Shown here piece after piece: positions 26,255-32,000 of a stretch of 32,000 bases of DNA (the stretch's first letter is position 1; each line of letters opens with the position of its first letter). Source of the stretch: Sphingobium bisphenolivorans (GTDB lineage Bacteria; Pseudomonadota; Alphaproteobacteria; Sphingomonadales; Sphingomonadaceae). The translations under genes and the position numbers were made by a program. The DNA is taken from positions 3,254 to 35,253 of the forward strand of contig NZ_ASTG01000006.1 of the NCBI RefSeq assembly GCF_000412635.1, read 5' to 3'. The notes beneath the pieces are model-generated. The model did no database searches, was not told the origin of the DNA, and worked only from the letters and a program-made list of their open reading frames with translations.

Positions 26255-27348
26255 CAAACCATGGTCCGTCGCAGATGCTCCAGCTTGACCCGAAGCGCCG
26301 CTGGAGCGCGCAAGTTGCTGACCATCGCGTCGGCCTGGGCCTCGCTTATCTCCTGGTAGCGCGCCGCCTCTCCCACTATCCTCCCGTCGGAGAGGGTGGT
26401 ACGTACCGGCCGCAGCGCCACCAGCAGCCGCCGGTAATCGGCGTCCGATCCGCCCAGCGCGCGGCACAGCGCCGCCACCTGCGCGACGGAGCCCATCACC
26501 AGTATGTCGGCGACCTGCATGCACTCCATCCGCAGCCGCCGGCCCGCCAGTGCCGCGAACAGCAAAAAGCGGCGCTGCGCCAGGGCAGCGCCGATCAGAT
26601 CGGGCGCATCGGCCCTCTCCCCCAGCCTCTGCACGAGGCGGTCCGCCGCCGCGATCGGGCCAGCCTGCTCGTCATGCCGCCCCAGCATGGCCCAGCCCGC
26701 TTCTTCGAAGAGGGACAGCATCGCCTGCGCCTCCGCCGGATGGTCCTGCTGAGCGACAGCTGCCAGGCAAGCAGCTGCCGTCCAGACCAGTTCCGTATAA
26801 TGGGCGGCAGGAAGGTCGGGGTGCATGGCCTGGTGCTCACCTCCAGCCATCAGCCAGCGCGCCTCCGCCAGAGCCATGGCGGCCAACGCTTCATCCAGCG
26901 CCTGATCCCCGGCGGCGAACAAGGCCTCCGCCTCCGTTTCCCCCGGATGATCTTCTGGGCGGCCGGTCTGGCGCAGCATCAGGCTCACACCCGCGCGCAT
27001 CTGCATATGGGCCAGCAGAGCAGGCGAAAGAAGGGTCGGCTGTGCACATAACGCCGGCCAGCACAGCGGCTCTGGCCGGGCTGCCAGCAAAGCCGCACCC
27101 GCGGCGCTCGCCTCCAGGGAAAGCCGCAACCCGGTTTCGATGGCGGTGACGCATCCGCCAAGATGCCGCCGAGTCTCGACCAGCAAAACATCATTCCGCT
27201 CGCGCCCTTCCTCCGGAAAGAAGAACGCGAGATCAATGGCATGATCGATCGGCACGGCGGACATGCCGGGCCTGACTCGCGCCATCGGCCAGCTGTCCGC
27301 CATGCTCGGTCCGTTCAAGGGCGAAAAGGCGCTCATTGCGGCGACCAT
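26254..27348 (-). CDS. Hypothetical Ala/Leu-rich helical protein
   Basis: ~364 aa ORF, start/stop-coupled to the HK-like gene; no recognised motif. Confidence 0.7.
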   Translation of the reverse strand: MVAAMSAFSPLNGPSMADSWPMARVRPGMSAVPIDHAIDLAFFFPEEGRERNDVLLVETRRHLGGCVTAIETGLRLSLEASAAGAALLAARPEPLCWPALCAQPTLLSPALLAHMQMRAGVSLMLRQTGRPEDHPGETEAEALFAAGDQALDEALAAMALAEARWLMAGGEHQAMHPDLPAAHYTELVWTAAACLAAVAQQDHPAEAQAMLSLFEEAGWAMLGRHDEQAGPIAAADRLVQRLGERADAPDLIGAALAQRRFLLFAALAGRRLRMECMQVADILVMGSVAQVAALCRALGGSDADYRRLLVALRPVRTTLSDGRIVGEAARYQEISEAQADAMVSNLRAPAALRVKLEHLRRTMV

Positions 27349-27388
27349 AGCCGCACGTCGTTAAAATGCACTAAACCCTAAGCAGAAT

Positions 27389-28660
27389 TCACGGCTGATC
27401 GCGGCGCAGCAAGATCATCGCTCCGACCGAAGCGATGGCGCAGAAGGTCGCGACACTCGTCATGGGCGTGAGCGCGCCTGTCATGGCCGCCAGCAGCAGC
27501 AGGATCAGCGCGCTGGCTGGCGTGAAAATCATCCATGGCCTGATGCCGCCCGTCCTATGCCGCCGATCCGCCACTTGCACGATCGCGAGCAGCAGGGCGA
27601 GGTAGATTGTCCCCATCGTATCGCCCGACAAGGCGATGCCGAGCAGCGCGACAGCAGGCGTGACGAAGGCCGTCCAGCCCATGGGCGGTGAGCGGAGCGC
27701 CAGTTCGTCCAAACGATCGGCTATTTCCGCCAGCAGCAGCGCCAGCAACAACAGGCAAAATCCCGCGCCAACCCAGAGCAGTTCGATCGGCACCAGCCCG
27801 ATCGCCCCCAGCACCATGGCCGCGATCCGCATTTGCGGCGCCGGCACCTGCATGCGCATCAGCGCCGGACCGACGAGCCGGGCCAGCGGAGCCAGCAGAT
27901 AATGTTCGGCGCCGCCCCGCGACTGCTGGAGCCGGGGGCCGCTCGACAGCACCGCCTGCGCGGCGACATCAGCCTGTTCCTGCCCATCGACGAGAGCAAC
28001 CCGCCCCTCCAGCAGATCATCCTGCGGCACCGTGACGCGTCGCGCACCGGCCTGAACCGCGCTACGCACCAGAGTCAGCGACAGGTCCCAGTCGCCGATC
28101 ATATCGAGCGTGTTGAACAGCAGGTCGGGGCTGATCCGCGCCAGGCCGGCCCAGCGCTGCCCGGCGTCGATCCGTTCGAACGGCGCGCTCGCCCGGCTGT
28201 CGTCGGTTACCAGCAGCGCATTTCCTTGCCGCTCCGCCATCGCCTCGAAATGACCCTGCGCCACGATCGCGCCATCTGCGACCAGCAGCGTATCGGCGTC
28301 GCGCGGAGCATCGCGAACCATGGACACCATGTCGCGGATCAGCGCGACCGCGATACCGTCCGCCGAAAGACGATCGACGGCCTGCGACAAAGCAGGCGTA
28401 ATCACGCTGACGACGATCATGATCCGGTCCGCACCAGCCCGCGCAGCTTGGCGTGCCTGATATTCCACCAGTGTCTGACCTGCGAAGTGCAGGCTGCCAC
28501 GAAGCGGTGCAGCCGGATCACCGGACGTCCGGCTCGCGCTGAGAATGGCTGCAAATGTCATGCCGTTGAGAAACCGACCCGATCGTTGTTCGACCCACCT
28601 TTTTGCAAGCCGGGCGCCATCACGCAAGCCGGGTGGCGCTTCACCCCTCGGAAAGCTCAT
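27389..28660 (-). CDS. Membrane protein resembling a degenerate nucleotidyltransferase + CDP-alcohol phosphatidyltransferase fusion
   Basis: N-terminal MTFAAILSASRTSGDPAAPLRGSLHFAGQTLVEYQARQAARAGADRIMIVV resembles NTP-transferase start without GxGxR. C-terminal multi-TM region with PAPQMRIAAMVLGAIG...LLLALLLAEIADRLDELALR. Start may be 28660 or 28561. Confidence 0.6.
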   Translation of the reverse strand: MSFPRGEAPPGLRDGARLAKRWVEQRSGRFLNGMTFAAILSASRTSGDPAAPLRGSLHFAGQTLVEYQARQAARAGADRIMIVVSVITPALSQAVDRLSADGIAVALIRDMVSMVRDAPRDADTLLVADGAIVAQGHFEAMAERQGNALLVTDDSRASAPFERIDAGQRWAGLARISPDLLFNTLDMIGDWDLSLTLVRSAVQAGARRVTVPQDDLLEGRVALVDGQEQADVAAQAVLSSGPRLQQSRGGAEHYLLAPLARLVGPALMRMQVPAPQMRIAAMVLGAIGLVPIELLWVGAGFCLLLLALLLAEIADRLDELALRSPPMGWTAFVTPAVALLGIALSGDTMGTIYLALLLAIVQVADRRHRTGGIRPWMIFTPASALILLLLAAMTGALTPMTSVATFCAIASVGAMILLRRDQP

Positions 28661-28943
28661 CCAGCATGGCGCGCAACCGGCGCAGCACGCGCGGATCACC
28701 GGGTGCCGAATCGGCTGCCTCGTCCGCCATCGCAATCAGGCTGCTCATGCCGAAACTCGCCGCCAGCCCCTTCAGCCGCCATGCGGCCAGTTCCCAGTTC
28801 GCGTCGCAGCGTGCCCGGCGTAGCAGATCGAATTGCCGCTCGGCGCTTTCCATGAAGGCGACGCGCAGGTCGGCAATCAGCGTACGGTCGTCGCCCACCG
28901 CAGCGGCTAGGGCAGCATTCAGGGCGCCTGGATCGTAGGACAT
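28641..28943 (-). CDS. Hpt-domain-like protein lacking the phosphoacceptor histidine
   Basis: 100 aa: LRVAFMESAERQFDLLRRARCDANWELAAWRLKGLAASFGMSSLIAMADEAADSA matches the Hpt helical pattern with WRLKG in place of HxLKG. Confidence 0.75.
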   Translation of the reverse strand: MSYDPGALNAALAAAVGDDRTLIADLRVAFMESAERQFDLLRRARCDANWELAAWRLKGLAASFGMSSLIAMADEAADSAPGDPRVLRRLRAMLDELSEG

Positions 28944-29023
28944 AGGGCGAACGCTATCTGGCTTGCGTTAAGTTTTGGTAACAGGCCATTTTCGTTCGTC
29001 GAAAAGCTGCTAGGATGCGCGGC

Positions 29024-31696
29024 ATGAATGGGGGCAGCACAATCGTCGAATTTTGGCGAGACAATAAGGCAGCGGCCGATAACGCCGCGCAGGCCGAGGA
29101 TATCCTGCTTTTGGATCAGGCTGCACCTGATCTGGAGCAAGAGTCACTCGCCGCTGATGAGGCCGAAGGCTCCGTCCGCGGCGCGCAGATCGCGTTCCTA
29201 ATAGCCGGGCTGGTTTGGCTCGTCTTCGCCGCTTGGGCAACCATATCGTCGGGCCAGTGGCAGGCTGGTCCTGCCGGGTGGCCGGGACTGGTTGCGACCA
29301 TTCTCATCCCCCTGACGCTTCTTGGTGTTTGCTATCTTCTGCTCCTGCGCAACAGCCGCACCGAAGCGCGGCGCTATATCGACACGGCCCGAACGCTCCG
29401 CGCAGAGGCGGAGTTGCTTGAGCTTCGCCTTGGCCGGATCGCTCGTCAGCTCGAAACGGCGCGGCAGACGATGCACGACCAGGCCGAATTGCTCGACAGC
29501 TATGGCGCCGCCGCAAGCAGCAATATGGAGGCTTCGGCGGAGTTGATCGCCGGCCGGGCGAACAGCACAGCGGAACGCGCCGAAGCAGCGGAACAGGCCG
29601 CGCTCGCCCTTGTCCAGCGGATGGAAACGCTCATCGGCTCCATTCCAGAACTGGAGGATCGCGCGACTCGCATGGCCGCGCGGATCATCGACAATGGCCA
29701 CGCGCTGTCCGAGCGGATCGACACACTGGAAGCCCGCCTGCATGCTCTCGGCGAACTGTCCGACGACGCTCGTACGCGCACACTTTCGGCGACCAAGAGC
29801 CTGTCCAGCCAGCTTACCCAGCTTCAGGAGGCGACACGGTCTGCCACGCAGGAGGTCAATGGCCTTGCCGATTTGGCCGCCAACCGGATCGACGTCACCA
29901 CCCAGAATGCCCGCCTGGCGCTGGAGGATAGCCGTCAGGATATCGAGCAGCAGGCAAGTTCGCTCGAATGTCTGGTCGCCCGCATCCGCGACAATGTGTC
30001 CGACACCACGCGTTCGATGGCGGCGGCGCTGACGCGGGAACTGGACAATGCCGAAGCGGACGTGCGGCAGCGGCTCGAAGCGTCACTCGCCAGTGCGCGG
30101 GAAAGCATGGCTGCGACGGATGCTGACCTCTCTGCGCAGGCGGTATCGCTGCGCACGCTCATCGAAGAAGCACGTTCGGGCATCGTCGGTACCAGCCAGA
30201 CGGCACTTGCCACCCTGTCCCGCGACGCACAGGCGATCGAGGCCGAGTTGCACGATCGGATCGCCGCTGCCGTGGCGCAAGCGCGTGAAAGCCTGAGCTT
30301 CACGGAGGCCGGAATCACGCGTCAGACCGAAGCGCTCGACGCACTGATCGCACGCTCCCGCACGAGCATTGAGGCAATCGGCAATGATTCTGTCGCTCAT
30401 CTGGCGGATCATGTCGCGGAAGTTGAAAGCCGCCTGCATCAGATCAACGATCTGGTCGAGGGTCAACGGACGCTCGTTTCAGGGCTTCAGACCAACCTCA
30501 ACGAAGCGGTAGACGCCGCGCAATCGCGCTTCACGGCGATGGAAGACGCCGCCCTCGCCCGCAACGAGCGGCTGACCGAGGCATTATCTCGCCTGACGGC
30601 TGAAACCCAGCGCATCGACAGCGCGCTCGCGCAAGGCGGTATCACGGCCGAAAAGCTGATCGGCAGTGCGGAAACCCTGCTGGTCGCGCTCGATTCGAGT
30701 GTGCGCGAGCTGGACGAAACCTTCCCCGCGGCGCTGGAGCGCTTTAACGGGCGCATCGAAAGCAGCCGGACTTTGCTCGACAGTGCAGCGCCCGAGATCG
30801 AACGGCTGGAGGCCATTTCCGAGGCACTCGTCGGACGCACGCAGGAGGCGGAGGAACTGCTCCGCGGTCAGGGCCGTCGCCTCACCGAATGGTTGGAAAG
30901 CACGCAGAGCGGCGTCGATGCCAATCGCGAGCTGGTCGAAAAGCTACGCACCGCGCTCGACAATGCGCATCAGGACGCGACCCGCATTACCGAGGGCGCC
31001 GGGCCGCTGCTGGTCACCGCGCTGCTCCGCGTCAAGGATACGGCGGATCAAGCAGCCGAACGCGCCCGCCAAGCCCTGAGCCGGGCCATTCCCGATGCCG
31101 CCCAGTCGTTGGCTGACGCCAGTGAGGCCGCCATGCAGCGGGCGATCGACGAAAAGGTCACCGCGCAGATCGAGATGGTCGCGCAAGTCGCGGAGGAAGC
31201 GGTCAAGGCCGCGCACCAGGCGTCCGATCGCCTGACCCGGCAGTTGCTGACGATCGCCGACACGAGCGCCGGGTTGGAGGCGCGGATCGAGGAAGCGCAG
31301 CGGGCAGCCGAAGACCGCGACCGGGAACATTTCGCCCGCCGCTCCGCGCTTATCATCGAATCGCTCAACAGCACCGCCATCGACGTCTCCAAGATTCTGT
31401 CGAACGACGTCACCGACTCTGCCTGGTCAGCCTATCTCAAGGGTGATCGCGGGGTGTTCACCCGCCGCGCCGTCAAGCTGCTCGACGCTGGTGAATCCCG
31501 CGAGATCGCGCTTCATTACGACAGCGATCCTGAATTTCAGGAGCATGTGAACCGCTACATCCATGATTTCGAATCGATGCTGCGGATCATCCTGTCGGCG
31601 CGAGACGGCAATGCGCTGGGCGTAGCGCTGCTCTCGTCTGACATGGGCAAGCTCTATGTCGCGCTGGCACAGGCGATCGAACGGCTGAGGCAGTAG
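29024..31696 (+). CDS. Large bitopic/coiled-coil membrane protein, TipN-like architecture
   Basis: About 890 aa from MNGGSTIVEFWRDN; two TM segments (GAQIAFLIAGLVWLVFAAWATI; GWPGLVATILIPLTLLGVCYLLLL), ~600 aa low-complexity coiled coil, and a distinct C-terminal domain (RSALIIESLNSTAIDVSKILSNDVTDSAWSAYLKGDRGVFTRRAVKLL...). Confidence 0.85.
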   Translation: MNGGSTIVEFWRDNKAAADNAAQAEDILLLDQAAPDLEQESLAADEAEGSVRGAQIAFLIAGLVWLVFAAWATISSGQWQAGPAGWPGLVATILIPLTLLGVCYLLLLRNSRTEARRYIDTARTLRAEAELLELRLGRIARQLETARQTMHDQAELLDSYGAAASSNMEASAELIAGRANSTAERAEAAEQAALALVQRMETLIGSIPELEDRATRMAARIIDNGHALSERIDTLEARLHALGELSDDARTRTLSATKSLSSQLTQLQEATRSATQEVNGLADLAANRIDVTTQNARLALEDSRQDIEQQASSLECLVARIRDNVSDTTRSMAAALTRELDNAEADVRQRLEASLASARESMAATDADLSAQAVSLRTLIEEARSGIVGTSQTALATLSRDAQAIEAELHDRIAAAVAQARESLSFTEAGITRQTEALDALIARSRTSIEAIGNDSVAHLADHVAEVESRLHQINDLVEGQRTLVSGLQTNLNEAVDAAQSRFTAMEDAALARNERLTEALSRLTAETQRIDSALAQGGITAEKLIGSAETLLVALDSSVRELDETFPAALERFNGRIESSRTLLDSAAPEIERLEAISEALVGRTQEAEELLRGQGRRLTEWLESTQSGVDANRELVEKLRTALDNAHQDATRITEGAGPLLVTALLRVKDTADQAAERARQALSRAIPDAAQSLADASEAAMQRAIDEKVTAQIEMVAQVAEEAVKAAHQASDRLTRQLLTIADTSAGLEARIEEAQRAAEDRDREHFARRSALIIESLNSTAIDVSKILSNDVTDSAWSAYLKGDRGVFTRRAVKLLDAGESREIALHYDSDPEFQEHVNRYIHDFESMLRIILSARDGNALGVALLSSDMGKLYVALAQAIERLRQ

Positions 31697-31716
31697 CGCC
31701 AGCAGCCGCAGTAATA

Positions 31717-32000
31717 TTATCGGGCGAGCGCGTCATTGGGATCGATCGCCCGTATAGCCGTCGTCGGTGGATTGACGTCGGCCGCTATCTGGGCCGCCGT
31801 TAGCGTTGCCGGCGCTTCCGAAGCGAGCGTTACTTCCCGATCCACATAGACGTCGAAAGCCGTGCCCGCCGGCAATTTGACCTCCTTGCCCCGGACCAGA
31901 AAGGCGAGCGGCAGGAAGACGACACCGGCTCCAACCGAACCTAAGGTTCCCGATCCCCCCTTCGCGTTCCACTCGCCGCGCACGGGCACCTCCGCCTGCC
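31717..32000 (-). CDS. C-terminal part of a hypothetical protein (runs off window)
   Basis: Open reading frame GEWNAKGGSGTLGSVGAGVVFLPLAFLVRGKEVKLPAGTAFDVYVDREVTLAS...; no stop between 31989 and the window end in this frame. Confidence 0.55.
   Translation of the reverse strand, partial: QAEVPVRGEWNAKGGSGTLGSVGAGVVFLPLAFLVRGKEVKLPAGTAFDVYVDREVTLASEAPATLTAAQIAADVNPPTTAIRAIDPNDALAR

Noticed and set aside
1-32000. CRISPR arrays, tRNA/rRNA genes, insertion sequences or integrase
   Set aside because: No regularly spaced direct repeats, no recognisable RNA gene signature and no transposase/integrase-like protein seen. A tRNAscan or CRISPR finder run would be needed to be certain.

Overview
This 32 kb window is high-GC alphaproteobacterial DNA, most likely Sphingomonadales (inferred from protein content only). 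(A) About 1-13.5 kb, almost all on the minus strand, is a gene-transfer-agent (GTA)-like / domesticated-prophage head-tail cluster with RcGTA-type order: TerS-like, TerL, portal, DUF6127-like, prohead protease, major capsid, head-tail connectors, DUF3168, major tail protein, tail chaperones, tape measure, an enlarged distal tail protein, DUF2163, NlpC/P60 peptidase and the start of the host-specificity protein. (B) 13.7-24.8 kb is chromosomal housekeeping: GST, TonB-like protein, YqaA/DedA-like protein, lnt, metK, lexA, comEC, gltX, gltA. (C) 24.9-31.7 kb is a poorly described signalling/polarity-like locus. Four minus-strand genes encode a histidine-kinase-like protein with Arg at the H-box His position, an unknown helical protein, a membrane protein resembling a degenerate nucleotidyltransferase/CDP-alcohol transferase fusion, and an Hpt-like protein with no histidine at all. 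They are divergent from an 891-aa protein with two N-terminal TM segments and a long coiled coil, resembling TipN in architecture. Region C is the best candidate for a previously undescribed system. Region A is a known kind of system with several local peculiarities. No tRNA, rRNA, CRISPR or transposase was recognised.
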